DNA of 64,000 bases, taken from contig OX597821.1 of the NCBI GenBank assembly GCA_951406725.2, forward strand, positions 19,716,001 through 19,780,000. Direction: 5' to 3'. The notes below the pieces were generated by a model. It was not told the DNA's origin. It saw nothing but the letters and a program-made list of their open reading frames with translations, and ran no database searches. Positions within the stretch are counted from its first letter, which is position 1. Each line of letters begins with the position of its first letter. The position numbers and the translations under genes were made by a program. This document shows positions 1-14,836 of the stretch, piece by piece. Origin of the DNA: Octopus vulgaris (taxonomy: Eukaryota).

Positions 1-893
1 TCCAGTGGGGTTTTCAAATTAAATCAATTCCTTTGTGGGGAATTTGGTCATTTTATAGAGTTTCGTAGTAGTGAGGAGGAACAAGATAGTATAAGAGGGT
101 GAGGTAGATGAGGAGGAAGTGAGAGAGAGAACATGTGTGTATGTGTATGTGTGTGTGTGTGTGTGCGTTTGTATCTGAGGCTAAAGAGAGAAAGGGGGAA
201 AGGGGAAGGGGGAGGGGGAGAGGGAAGAAGAAGAAGAAGAAGGATTTCCTTTGGCCTGTTGGACCCCCTGGGGAGTTCTAAGTGTCCCTGAGTGTGTTGG
301 TGGGTAGGCTGGCCAGAAATTACACCTTTTGTGATTTGGGGGATGAACAAATGTCATTTGGGGTCATACTTTGTATTATCGTTTTGTGGAGGTGTGTGTG
401 TCTCTGTGTCCGTGTGTGTTTGTGTGCGTGTGTGTGTGTGTCTCTGTGTGTTTGGAGAAGGGGAGAGAGGCAAACAGAGAAAAGGGAAAAAAAAAAAAAA
501 AAATAAATATTAAAAAAAAAATAAAAATAAATAAAAATAAGGGAGAAAATGGAGAAGAGAAAAATATATGTTTGTGTGTTGATATTTATACCACTACATA
601 TATATATACACACACAGACTTATACATAAAATATTTGAAAAAAAACCTTTTATCGGTTCAAAATGAACAACCAAATTACACCATCTTGAAAATTGTATAT
701 CATAGGAAAGTTAAAATTAAAGTGACAATTAAAAAGTAAAGATGGAAGTAAATTATAAAGATAATAATATAATGTATATAACAGGCAATATATATATATA
801 CATACACAGATATATATATATATACACACATACAGACATATACTAAATGTTCTACTATATTAGATTGTAAATCGAAAGATGCGTCCTTCAATG

Positions 894-930
<37 letters not shown>

Positions 931-1143
931 GCTTACACATGAAATATATATATCATTAATTAATAAATTTTAGGGTAGCAAAAAATTCTAGAAAAATTCT
1001 CCGCTACCAGCGGTCAAGTGAGAAAGAAAAGATAGTCAATAGACTATATAATATACATTCAAATATATAAGGAATGGCCATAATAGGACATTCGACTCAC
1101 TAAAAAGAGCAGCCAAACTCCAAACCACTAATAGTTGTAATTC

Positions 1144-1745
1144 TGAAATGGAAAGAGAAATAAAAGTCTGCTTTGTGGAAGTTCAGATTGGAGAGATTTT
1201 GGGTGTTTCCGTTAGGTTACATAGACAGCTCTATTATGTTGTGATCCGAGACTAGTGTTGGAGTCACTTTCACATCATGAACGATGTCCATATTGTTTGT
1301 GAAACAGAGATCCAAAATGTCATTCACCTTAGTTGGTCTGAGTACAACTTGCTCCATGAATAGAGCATTGGTGAAGTTGAGCAGGGGCTCCACCTGTGCT
1401 TGCTTGCAATGAATCATTCCTCAGAGCATGAGACCTTCGGGCCATTTGACTTTGAGGAAGTTGAAATCACCTATAAGCTTCACGAATTTTTCTTTAGTTC
1501 TTGTGAGGTAATCTATATATTTGCCTTTGTAGTTTGGTGCATTTGGTGGGTGATATGTATTGCATATGACTATATTGTGTTGTCTTATGTATACACTTAG
1601 AGTGACACATACTGAATTTCAGAATGACAGTAAGACCTGGGGTGTGAGGTCATCCGAATGTATTTTGCAACTCCACCATGGTTCATTTATCTTCTGTCTT
1701 TTTCCAGTATGGTATATTTTGGTACGTTTATTCTGAATCTTCTAT
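1144..1745 (-). mobile_element. Degenerate LINE AP-endonuclease fragment (CR1/L2-group-like)
   Basis: The minus-strand translation carries APE motifs in order: ..DRR*MNHGGVAKYIR.., LIGDFNFLKVKW, DILDLCFTNN..LVSDHNIIEL (ORF 1217-1417). It is broken by stops and frameshifts. Confidence 0.8.
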
Positions 1746-1849
1746 ATCAGGGCTCAGATGAGTTTTCACGAGTGCTATAAATAGGACTTGATTGCATGCA
1801 GCAAGGTCTCTCGGGAAAAAAAGATTTGCTTGTGTTGTTATTATGCAAC

Positions 1850-2560
1850 AGGCCCCCAATATTTAGTAAAATACTTTCAAGGATCATGTTAGATCGTCTT
1901 GTTGAGAATGTGTGTCCACATGTAATTCCTGAAGAACAGTGTGGTTTGAGACTTGAACGAAGAACAGTGGACATGATATTTTCTGCGAGGCGAGTTCAAG
2001 AGAAATGCTGAGTGCAAAAATTGCCACTATACCAGGTTTTCATAGATTTAAGTAAAGCATTTGACCGGTAAACAGGGAGGAACTGTGGATTGTTTTGTGT
2101 AAACTTGGTTGCCCAACACATTTTGTGAGCATCTTTAAGGAACTACACAGAAACATGAAAGCTCAGGTAGTCCTTAATGGTGAGCTATCTCATGAATTTT
2201 TGGTGGGCAACGGTGTCAAACAGGGAGATATTCTTGCTCCCACGCTTTTACTCCATATATTTTGCTGCATTGTTTTGATATGCTTTCAAGGATTGCAACA
2301 GGGGAATCGGAATCAGATTTCGGACATTTGGATGTATTTTTAATTTGACTCGGTTTTACTGAAAGCAAAAACTTTCAAAATATTTGTTAGAGAATTACTT
2401 TATGCTGATGATGCTCGGAAGGGGATATGCAACATTTAATGGACAGATTTCCCACCAGGTTGCACATTTCGGACTCACAATTAGTCTGTGGAAAACCATA
2501 GTAGTGTTTTCTCCCGTGCCAGGACAAGTATATTCTGAAGCAAAATTTTTGTGAATGGAT
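1850..2560 (+). mobile_element. RTE-clade LINE reverse transcriptase relic
   Basis: KILSRIMLDRL..PEEQCGLR..RTVDMIFSARRVQEKC*, FIDLSKAFD, GVKQGDILAPTL and ELLYADDA (about 2391-2415) are RTE/BovB-type RT motifs. The frame is disrupted. Confidence 0.85.
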
Positions 2561-2606
2561 CTGAGTAACAGCTTTTGTTATATTTCTGCTGCTTTTAAAT
2601 AAAGTG

Positions 2607-2659
<53 letters not shown>

Positions 2660-2689
2660 GCGCGCGCGCACACACACACACACACACAT

Positions 2690-2910
2690 GTACAAAGTGC
2701 AGTTAGTAAATTGTGATCTAAATTGTGCAAAAATAAAAATAACACTGACATCTCATTTTAACAGATATATTTACCAAAATTACATAATAATATCTTGAAA
2801 TACTAATGAGTAAATTTATTCAATAAAATCGCTATGGAATTCAATCACGGCCTCCAGACTAATTCGGCATCTCTTGCAACTCTTCTCGACGGTTTCCAAG
2901 GCCTTGTCAG
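2690..2910 (-). mobile_element. 3' end fragment of the maT/Tc1-mariner element seen at 12920-13773
   Basis: The reverse complement aligns by eye with 13575-13770 (ETVEKSCKR vs ETIQKSCRR; shared gcgattttattgaata and downstream UTR). Confidence 0.7.
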
Positions 2911-3190
2911 TGGACTTGGAAGACTGAAACTGTAACAAGCCCTTCGTATATATATATTTATGTGTGTGTGCGTGTGTCAGCGTTTGACCCCTGCCATCGC
3001 TTGTCAATCGATATTGGTGTGTTTACTTCCCAATAACTTAGCGGTTCGGCAAAAGAGGCTTATAATATAAGCACTAAGCTTACAAAGAATAAGTACTAGG
3101 GTCGATATCTTCGACTAAAACTCTGAAAGGCGGTGCTCCAGCATGGCCTCAGTCAAACGTCTGAAACAACTAAAAGAATAAAGCAATAAG
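2911..3190 (+). mobile_element. SINE family A, degenerate 5'-truncated copy
   Basis: Shares ttagcggttcggcaaaagag, aaagaataagtac..gggtcgat and aaggcggtgctccagcatggcc..ctgaaac with 8643-9118. Confidence 0.75.
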
Positions 3191-3794
3191 AGGATATATA
3201 TATCTCAATTGTCCGATGAACGGGAAGGTGAAACTCTGAGTAAGGGTTTTGTGATAAATGTGCAGGTAAAATGTAGAAACGTTATTGTCCAAACATAATC
3301 AACGGGTGATCATCACGTGTTTGCCGGTAGGATGAAGTGGCGTTGTGGAAAATATTCCACCAAGGTGCCGAGAGTTTAAACACCTGAAAGTTATGGCTAG
3401 GTGGGACAACATACCCCAAAGCTCATTGAGGAGTGAAGGACATCGATGTTTGGCAATTTTTATGGCTTATCAGAATGGGAGGCAAATGGTACCGCTAGTC
3501 CACGAATTATGGCATTGCTTCTGTTTCACATGTATATTTATGTATCTATATATATTATAATATTTATATATGTCGGATCTTATATACGTTCTGTAGATAT
3601 AATTGAATATATGAATATATGTATGTATCTGATCTTTGTGTGTGGATCTTAGAAATGTTCCTGTACTTCCAACTCCTCTTGCCTCCGCTCAAATTAAGAA
3701 GTGGAATATAGCTCATTTGGAGCACTAAAACTCCAGTCTGTATTATATTTTGAGCATTGTTATTACTAGCTATCTCAAGATATAACTGTGTATT

Positions 3795-3982
3795 TTGTAG
3801 CCACTACACATATTTTTTTCTCTCCTTGTTTCTCTCCTTGTTTTTTCGGTGTCTTTTTCTGTAGAAGAGCGTAGGCTCGAAACGTTAAAGACTTTTTCTA
3901 TTCCTGAGCGTTATACTAATACATGTTTGTTTTGTACACCACCTGTCTTCATCTTTTGTTTTTTTTTTGTAACCTCTCCCTA
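3795..3982 (+). mobile_element. Penelope-like terminal repeat (pLTR) fragment with minimal hammerhead-like motif at 3851-3892
   Basis: Homologous to 12105-12275 and to the reverse complement of 50241-50410, which is the distal end of a GIY-YIG-encoding element. Confidence 0.7.
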
Positions 3983-4499
3983 TATATATATATATAACAA
4001 AATAATAAATAAAACATATGCATATATACATACATATATGTACATACCTACATCTATATATATATATATATACATGCATATATGGGTACAGGACACAAGA
4101 AAAACGACGAACACAATGAGAAACGAAAACATAAACACAAAACCAAGGAAATGGACATTTTTCTTAAACAACGAAAGAATACTACAAGAGTACAAGACAT
4201 ACTACACAAGGAAAAATCCCCTTCTTCAGCCTATATATATATATATATAAAACATAAACATACATATATGCAGAGCTTCCCCCACCCCCGATTAAAGAAA
4301 ACAAATACACACTTCAGATATGGAAAAGGTTTGTATAAATATTTTTTTCAGTGTTATTGCAATTTATTCAGTGCTATCGCAATTGGATAAAACATCGAAA
4401 GAAGAATTTATAATTATAAAGGTACTCATAGAAGTTAAATATTTATAGATTTTTTTTTCCTTTCCTGAATTGTGCATACATATTTGGGGTGGACTCTGT

Positions 4500-4548
4500 A
4501 TGTATATACTCATACATCTATGTATATCTACCTATCTATCTATCTATG

Positions 4549-4594
<46 letters not shown>

Positions 4595-4687
4595 CACACA
4601 TACATATATAGAGAGATTTGTATGTGTGTGTGTGCGTGTGCTTATATATATGTGTATATATATATGTATATACATATATATATATAC

Positions 4688-4719
<32 letters not shown>

Positions 4720-4728
4720 GTATATATA

Positions 4729-4802
<74 letters not shown>

Positions 4803-4884
4803 ATGAAAACAATTGCTGCGTGGAAGGTGTTTGTAAGCCATTTAAGAAACACACAAAAGCCGTTCGATTCACCTCAGCATTTAA

Positions 4885-4963
<79 letters not shown>

Positions 4964-4980
4964 GAGATAGACAGACAGAT
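4500..4980. repeat. Compound microsatellite (TATC)n/(TG)n/(TA)n/(GA)n
   Basis: Directly visible. It accounts for the YIYI/YLSI ORFs in the track. Confidence 0.95.
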
Positions 4981-5494
4981 GCTAAGTGCAGATAACTAAC
5001 CATATTTAATGCAAGAATGTGACGATATTCATGTGTGCGTGTTATATGTGGATATACATGATTTGTGTGCGTCTGTGGGTATGTTCAAATATGCGCAGGT
5101 ATTTGGTCACGTTTTTATTGAAATGAACTGACACTTCCTTTTGCTTGTATAGTTAAACTGAGTCGATATATGACTTCCGTTGTGTAGGTCGAAGCTACGA
5201 CGTAACAGAGCGTACATTTATGAAGCACAAATACATGCGCTCCAGACCTATGTATATGTGCGTGTATGTATGTCTGTATATGAATCCATGTGTGTCTGTA
5301 TATGAATTAGGTGTGTCTCTGCGTGAGAGAGAGTGTGCGTATGTGTGTGCGCACGTACGAACGTGCGTGCATACGTGCATGCGTGTGAAGTGCGCTTGTG
5401 ATTCAATGTAATAATTTCATACGTAACTCACAATGCAGTCAAAACGAAATAATTCACAAACATATATTTCAGTGGGTGTGTATATAAGTGAGCA

Positions 5495-6610
<1,116 letters not shown>

Positions 6611-7410
6611 GCTACATGCATAAACACAATAGGAGGCATTATTAATCTTCTTTGAAGATAAGAATCCAATTGCGCTTGCCATATTTCTAATCCATATCTA
6701 ATACGCCGACATTATTAATCCATTGAGGATGGAAGAATAGAAAACCATTATGACGTCATTAATTCTTTAGAATTGCGTTTACGTTTCCATAGAAATCTTA
6801 GAAGCCTTAATGTTATTTGCATTGGTTACCTAGGTAATGGTCCTGCTCTCATTCGCTAATGAAAAGAATCCTAGATAAACTTCGATATGGATGATTTAAA
6901 ATGAATGACATTAGATGTAATGTTGTTAAGTAGAAAAGGGGGTGCAATAGCTTCGAAACTTACCTTTGATTAAGTTGTAAGATCAAAGAACCGCTGTAAA
7001 TTTATACCTGGCAACAATAATTCTGTTTACATAACACCGATAAATACAGTATTACAACTAGCAATAATCTTATCGTTATCGACAGGAGGGTTCATCTACT
7101 GTTAAAGCCTTTAAGTGACAGATGCTGTTTGATAATATCAAAAATAGAGGGACATTTTGTAGGCTTCAGAGATTTATTAGTATGCCCTTGACGTATTGAA
7201 TCATGGAATTATTTTGAATAGTCAACTACTAGTCTACATTATCATAAAATACTTCCCATTTGACGTATACAAATACTTTAAACATCATGAAGGAAAGACT
7301 GTATGCATGATATTTATTGTACTGTCTTTTTGTTTATTTTAGGAGTATTTCTGGAACTACGGTGTCATTGAATGCGAGATTCGTACTGTTCGGTAACTGA
7401 TTCACTGAGG

Positions 7411-7457
<47 letters not shown>

Positions 7458-7460
<3 letters not shown>

Positions 7461-7627
7461 TATTTTGCGTTTTAAAGGTCATACTATTTTCCCTTTTCCA
7501 AAAAGAACATGTATCAGACAACTTTATATGCTCAACTGCAGGTTTTGGCTACACTTATACATCAACTAATTTTTTTTCAGAATAGAACTGCCAAAATTAG
7601 GGTACGTCTTATGTCTCCGAAAATACG
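7458..7627. mobile_element. Possible degenerate pogo/Tigger-type MITE
   Basis: The ends tcgtattttgcgttttaaaggtcatac and gtacgtcttatgtctccgaaaatacga are loosely inverted, and the element lies next to (TA)n. Confidence 0.4.
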
Positions 7628-8642
7628 AAAATGTATAGCATTTAATTTGTAGTATAGAAACATATGTAGTACAAAATCCATTGTTTGACCATCACCACCC
7701 ACCCAGCTGAAATGAAATTTGTGTTAAGTACAATACCCACTATATTACATTACGCCACTACGACTCCACCTTATCCTACGAAAGGAAAAATCCGACGTAT
7801 GCATTTCAAAATATAATAGTGTTTAAAAAAATGTGGGGTATCCAACCTTGCATAATTCTATCAGGTCTGGTGTAAGGCTAAACGACAAGCAAAAGAAAAA
7901 GATTGATATCAAAAAGAGCAAAAATATAAATATTTCCATTAGTTTATTATGATTTGAAAGCAATGTATATTTTATCACTGAATTGAAGAAGGAAATATTT
8001 TGGATCCGTTGTAAATGTGACATTGTACTACAGTATACGAGGCCATGTGACAATGTATTACATTACATTATACAATATGGTATAAGCCAGTATGGCGTGT
8101 CAACACGGTTTGCATTCCACACTGACTTATGTCATATCGTTCCACTAACCGTCTTAAGAAACAATTTAGTAAAGCATGTGATCCTTAAAAAAAAAAAATA
8201 AAACAAAACGACGGCACAGTCAGTGCTAGTATGTCTTTAATCATATATCTGAATTTTCTTATCTTCCATTTTAAAGGGTTACAGAATTAAAACAGATTAT
8301 AGGAACATAGACCTTCTTCCACAAAGAATAGCTTAAACTGTGCTCTAAATGGAGGTGTAGTCAAATCCTATTTTATGGACTTAACCATGTTCTAAAATAA
8401 GTCGAAAAGTAAGCTACTATAAATCGGCACGAACTTTCCGAACAAACCAATATCGCTTTTGCTCTGTCAGAATACCAACGTTACATAAATTATATCATCA
8501 TTTTTCAAAGAATTCTGTGTTTGCTCACCATCTGAAAGCAGCCTTGTCGCGTGAAACATTAAATAATGTATACCCCACGGCAATAGAGGTCAACTCTAAT
8601 GAATCATGCATATCCATATACTTATCATATATATATCATATA

Positions 8643-9118
<476 letters not shown>

Positions 9119-10182
9119 TACACACCTACATACTTACATAAATACATATTTAGAACAGGTTGTTGAAATTAGAGTACGTTATTTATTGTACTCATTTATT
9201 ATATACAATTATTGTTTTAAAATTAAAAGAAGCAAAATGTCGTTCTTAGTGTAAATTGTATGATGTCTTTCAAGCCGCCTTCATTTTGTTTAACTTGCAT
9301 TACATGCCCTCCACTTATTTATAAGACCCCTGCTTCACGTACTTCATAATTTATTGTATATTTCTAACCCTTATGTCTAATCTAGAAAAAGGACACCAAA
9401 TTAGTTATGCATTATGTGCTTTTCATAATTATTGTTTTGGTGCCCTTGACGTCCTGCGACTGCCGCTGCTGCTGCTACTCCTGTTGTTTTTATAAACATT
9501 GTTGGTGTTGTTGTCATGGCCATATATTTTTTCTCTCTTTTTGTAAAAAAATACAATTTACATTTCCTAATTGAAATAAACGGATGCTGTGATTGGCTGA
9601 AATTGGGATGAAAATATTGTTTTTTTCTTTTTTAAAGTAGCGGGGAGTGAGGGTGTAAATACAGGCTTTAATTAGAGAGCTTACAGGTCGATTACTAATG
9701 AGGGATGGAGCATCTACAACAATAACAACATTAACAATAATAATATAACAAACATCAAAAAAAATATCAATAGTAATAACTATGTGGCAGAGCAAGAGTA
9801 GCTTCAATAAAAAATATATAACATAACTACATAACAAGTAAACAAGCATCGGTTGTAGCAACAGCAACAACAACAACAAAGCGACAGCCAACGGCAGCGC
9901 GATGACTATGGCGACGAGTCTCCAGCCATTGTAAGACAAACAATTGCTATGATAATTAATGTACAAATTGTTTGACATTGTCGTTTTGTCAGAGATCAGT
10001 TTTATCATTATAGAAAGAAAAAACAAATGAATGGAGTTATTGGTGGAACACTGGACTTAATGATTTGTGAAAATCGTTCACGTACTTTTAGGTTCTGCTT
10101 TCGAATCCAGCTAAGTTAATTTTTTTCTTTCACCCATTTCGTGTGAATGAAATAACCGCCTAGATTATGATATATTCGAATA

Positions 10183-11239
10183 CTAGCAGTATAACCCGGC
10201 TTTGCCCGAGATTAAGTTATGAATATTAAGCTAAACAAGTTCTTTATTTCAAAGCAAACTAAGTAACATCGACGTCAAATTTTGGGCGAAATCTGTTGAA
10301 ATTGGTTTATATATATACTATATATATATATACTAGCAGCATAGCCCGGCATTGCCCGGGTATGTAAGAGCCCCTGGAGCAGACATGATGCTCGCCGTGA
10401 ATTAAAAAAAAATTCCTGCCAATTTGTGAAAGATATTGTCGAAAATATGTCATCTTGAATTTGAACGCGATTTCCCAAAATGGCATGATTTTATCGGTTT
10501 TTCTGATGGTAAGGTATTGCATGGAAAACTAACGTCAAAATTAAGTTTCTTAGGGTAACATTAAGCTTCACCATGAGTTTGGTGAAAATCGATTGCAAGT
10601 TGCGAAAACTACAACAGAAAATGTGTTGCAAATAAAAGGCTCAGATTCTCGACCCCATGTCGAATTTATCGATTTCTTTCAGAACTGGGGGAACTTTTCA
10701 AAATTTTCGCTGCGTTAGTTTTGAATTATGACATTGGGCTATATGTGTGTCAAGTTTCATCAGAATCGGTTTAAAGCCATGGTCAGGGTGGGGGTACAAC
10801 CTGACAGACACACAGACACACAGACAGACAAACTGCCGTTTATATATAGAGAGATACATACAAACACACACATACACACATATACGCACGTATACCTATT
10901 GCATACATGTTTTTTGTACGCATACATATTCGTGTGTGTTTGTGATGCTCGTATGTCAACAAAACGCTTTTTCCCTCGATGGAAAAAAAAGAACAACAAA
11001 AGTCTTAACAAAAACTTACTCGTCGCTAGAAGGGGACTTAACTCCTGTTTGCAAACAATGGTGATTTCTCCAATTTGAAAACTGTTAAAAGTTTTGGTTG
11101 AAAATGTATTTTTACTGCTATTCGCTGGTGCCTTTGGGAAAAATAAGTTGACAAAAATACAGCTAGGGTCATAACGAATGTCATCCTAAAATTGGAGCGA
11201 CATGCGTGCTAATTTGTGGACCTGCATCAATTACATTCA

Positions 11240-11286
<47 letters not shown>

Positions 11287-11307
11287 CCTGCCTTTTATAT
11301 ATACAGA
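10183..11307 (-). mobile_element. Non-autonomous Helitron (outer element)
   Basis: On the minus strand it starts A|TCTGTATATATAAAAGGCAG at 11307 and ends with the GC hairpin ctcgggcaaagccggg followed by CTAG|T at 10183. Pairing these two ends into one element is inferred. Confidence 0.6.
10333..10854 (-). mobile_element. Non-autonomous Helitron (inner element, same family as 24226-25320)
   Basis: 5' A|TCTCTCTATATATAAACGGCAG, subterminal (CTGT)n, and 3' hairpin cccgggcaatgccggg plus CTAG|T. Confidence 0.8.
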
Positions 11308-11448
11308 TACATGGGTGAGCATAAGACGAAGGTTGACTGTGAGGAGTTATTCGCAGAGAACGATTCTCGGTCGTTGTGATATTTGTATCGTTATAAGGCG
11401 GTGGGCTGGCAGAATTGTTTGCAGGCCGAGAACAATGATTGCTCCCTC

Positions 11449-11498
<50 letters not shown>

Positions 11499-11773
11499 GT
11501 ATGTATACATATATATATATATATATTCTTCCAAAGAATCTAGTGCACTTAGCTTAGATTTTTTGGGGGCCGGCCATATTTGAGCAGTCTCGAGTGTAAC
11601 TGTCCAAAACTACAGGAAAGATCTAGAACTCCACTGACGATAGAAAGCTTCGAATGGCCCGTCCTTGTTTTTTCGTGTCCTTCTTTGAAACGACTGTCCG
11701 GATGTTTTGTTATCACCTGTTAGGTGATTGTTCCACTTTCTGTTTCTTTTTTATATATACACGTATGTATGTA

Positions 11774-11901
<128 letters not shown>

Positions 11902-11954
11902 ATATATATATATATATATATACATACACATATGCATGTATATATATATGTATA

Positions 11955-11999
<45 letters not shown>

Positions 12000-12012
12000 G
12001 CATATGTGTATG

Positions 12013-12056
<44 letters not shown>

Positions 12057-12104
12057 GATTGATAGATGGATAGATAGATAGACAGAAATATATATATATA
12101 TATA

Positions 12105-12275
12105 CTTGATCGCTAAATCCACAAGTTTTTCTTATTCTCTCTCCTTTTATTTTCTCTTATTTCTTTCTGTTGAAGAACGTAGGCTCGAAACGTAAAAGAC
12201 TTTTTCACTTTCCTGAATGTCAAACTAATACACCTTCTTGTTGTTCATACGCCTGTCTTCGTCTTTTGTTCTTCT
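12105..12275 (+). mobile_element. Penelope-like terminal repeat fragment with hammerhead-like motif at 12162-12199
   Basis: tcttt-CTGTTGA-agaacgtaggctc-GAAA-cg-TA-aaaga; homologous to 3795-3982. Confidence 0.7.
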
Positions 12276-12919
12276 ATACACTGCAACTGTATGCGTATAT
12301 ATAGATATATATATATATATCCATATACACTGTTTTGAGAAAGATATTTAAAAAAGAAATATGAAGCATATTAAATAAAAGCATAGACATAACATTACAT
12401 TCAATACATTCGATGTAGACTCGTTGAGTAGGAATAATTAAATTTTTACTGAAATTAATTTCAAGAATTGTATACAAAGGAAATATATATTGGTGAAAGT
12501 TTTGTATAACTTGTTTTAATGTTATATTGAAGTTATACAAGTAAAAACCTCTTTATTCATTTGCTGATATTTTCCCCTATGTTATTTTATTAAATCACCG
12601 GTGCAACTACACTGGCACAAATGACAGCGATTCTAATATATAATTTCATGATCATGATTTATGTCAAGGATGGCAGAAAATTTTGAGAAATTTCCTGCCC
12701 AGAGTTGAGTTACTTTGGTTTATATATGATTGGTATTACTGAAAAAAATCCCATGAATATTTATGCCCATAAGAGTTGAGATTGTGCCCCTTTCCTTTAC
12801 GTCTATCGTTGAAATAGGAGAATTATTTATATATAAAAAAGGATAATTAAAACCTTTCCTATATATCTGTTTGGAGGGATATAATTGTGTGCGTCTGACT
12901 GAGCCTAATTCTGCATGTA

Positions 12920-13773
12920 CAGGTTGCAATGGATAAATTGTTTATATTTTATATTTTTTAATTTCGTGCATGCGCATTGTTTGGTTTTGATTTTGTCGAC
13001 AACACTGTATAGCAGAGTCAGTTGGACATCCTCTGTGACAAAAACAGCATCATGACGTAATTTACTCTGCCAGAAATTTGGAAACGGTATGCTGCGCTGC
13101 TTGGCATTCGCGCCGAAAGCTCCAATACGAACATCTCAGGGTGTTTGGGTGTCAATCTGAGAACAGGGCAATCTGAGGACATGTACCGAGAGTGATAAAA
13201 ATCAAACATCCAGTCAACATCATGATGGCTGGAGTGATCTTTAGTGATGGCGAGGTTATGCCTCCATTCATCCCACCACACGGCCTCAGACTCAACACCG
13301 ATACCTAATTCAAGTGGCTGGATAAGGTAGTGCTGCTCTGGATCAAGACCCTATCTCTGGCACTCTGCAACATTCCACACAAGCAGGAGAACCCAGTCAT
13401 GGCAATCAGACAATTTCTGTGACCACATCACCCCTTACATCTGGCTACCTAACTACCCAGATTGCAACTCCCTTGATTATTATGTGTGGGGCTCAGTTGA
13501 GCGAAAGACCAACAAAACTCCTTGTAGCACCAAAGATGAACTGAAGGTAAGGATTATGGCAGCATTCACCAACTTAAACAAGGAGACCATCCAAAAGAGT
13601 TGCAGGAGATCCTGAATCGTCGTGGTTGAAGTCAATGGCGATTTTATTGAATAGATTTAATCTTTAGTATTATTTTTTATGTCATTTTGGTAGATATAGC
13701 TGTTAAAACGAAAAAAGTCAGTGCTATTTTCATTTTTGCATAATTTAGATGAAAATATATCTACTGTAACCTG
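12920..13773 (+). mobile_element. Internally deleted Tc1/mariner element, maT (DD37D)-like
   Basis: TA on both sides and imperfect TIRs (CAGGTTGCAATGGATAAATT vs reverse complement CAGGTTACAGTAGATATATT). Transposase relics: KHPVNIMMAGVIFSDGEVMPPFI and IWLPNYPDCNSLDYYVWGSVERKTNK. Confidence 0.85.
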
Positions 13774-14589
13774 TATATATGCGGACAAGTGAGCCTTAGT
13801 GTTTGTATATACCGATAATGAATTGAATTTTTTTATTATCATTCCAAACTATATTCCGAGAAATTTCAACTGGCAATTAAATTTCGTAATGAACTACTCA
13901 TAGACACCTACCATACCACACACACACACGTGTGTGCGTATGTATGTACGTGCGTGTGTGTGTGTGTGGGGGGGAAGGGTGTATGCGTGTTTGTGTGCGC
14001 CTCTGTGTATGTATTGGTGTGTGTGTGAGTGCGTATGTGCCTTAATTTCGCATGAATACAGTTATTCATGTTACCGGTTTGAAGGCTACAATGTTCTAAA
14101 TGGTTGGTTAAATAGTATTTGAGGGGTACAGTAAAGTACAATGGTGTAAGTAATGGGTACAAACAACGACAGCGAAGCAAGGGATAGTAAGGTGCAGAAT
14201 GAAACGGGACAGCAGTAATGGCAGAATGAACGGAAATATGAGCCCGACAAATTCACCACCATGAAAAATCCTGCTATATCAGTGTTTACGAAACGATATT
14301 GAATGCAGTTGTTAGACATTCTATAGCATAGAAAGAGACACGAAATAGGATATTCAAACGTATAACGGTGATTTAGCCACAGGGATGCAGAGAGAAGTGA
14401 GATCGATACTTTAGCTCACTTGGTAAGCTGAAAAATAACACAGAAATTTGTGACTGGAGGAGAAAAAAGCAAGAAATGGCAACCTAGAAACGAAGAGAAA
14501 CAGTTTTGACAGGAGAGAGGGACGTAATTAAAATCAATATTGTTTAATGGTTGTTTTACAAGCTGAGTGGAACCATTAATCCCTCTGTC

Positions 14590-14745
14590 CATTTTGTATC
14601 TCTCTCTCCTTTTTTTCTTCTCATCCCTTTTTATTGAAGGGCATAAACTCGAATGGCCAAAGCCTTTTCCACTTTTCATGAGCGTCTAACTAATACACCT
14701 ACTTTTTATTCCCTCAGCTTTGTCTGTCTTTTACATTCTCTATAT
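14590..14745 (+). mobile_element. Highly degenerate copy of the Penelope-like terminal repeat
   Basis: ttgaagggcataaactcgaa..aagccttttccacttttcatgagcgtctaactaatacacct aligns loosely with 12170-12240. Confidence 0.45.
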
Positions 14746-14776
14746 TTAAACCATATATATATGTGTGTGTGTGTGT

Positions 14777-14836
<60 letters not shown>

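Noticed and set aside
1-560. Purine-rich, 5'UTR/promoter-like start of the window
   Set aside because: No start site, exon or ORF could be supported; it is mostly simple repeats.
3205-3250. Hammerhead-like ccgatga-acgggaaggt-GAAA-ctctgag-TA
   Set aside because: The core is mutated, stem I cannot be formed convincingly and there is only one copy in the window. It may be a decayed Penelope end.
11595-11650. Possible permuted hammerhead (aaaactacagga..CTGACGA); a similar half motif CTGAAGA lies on the minus strand near 4225
   Set aside because: The GAAA box, cleavage triplet and stem II are missing or too degenerate to support a call.
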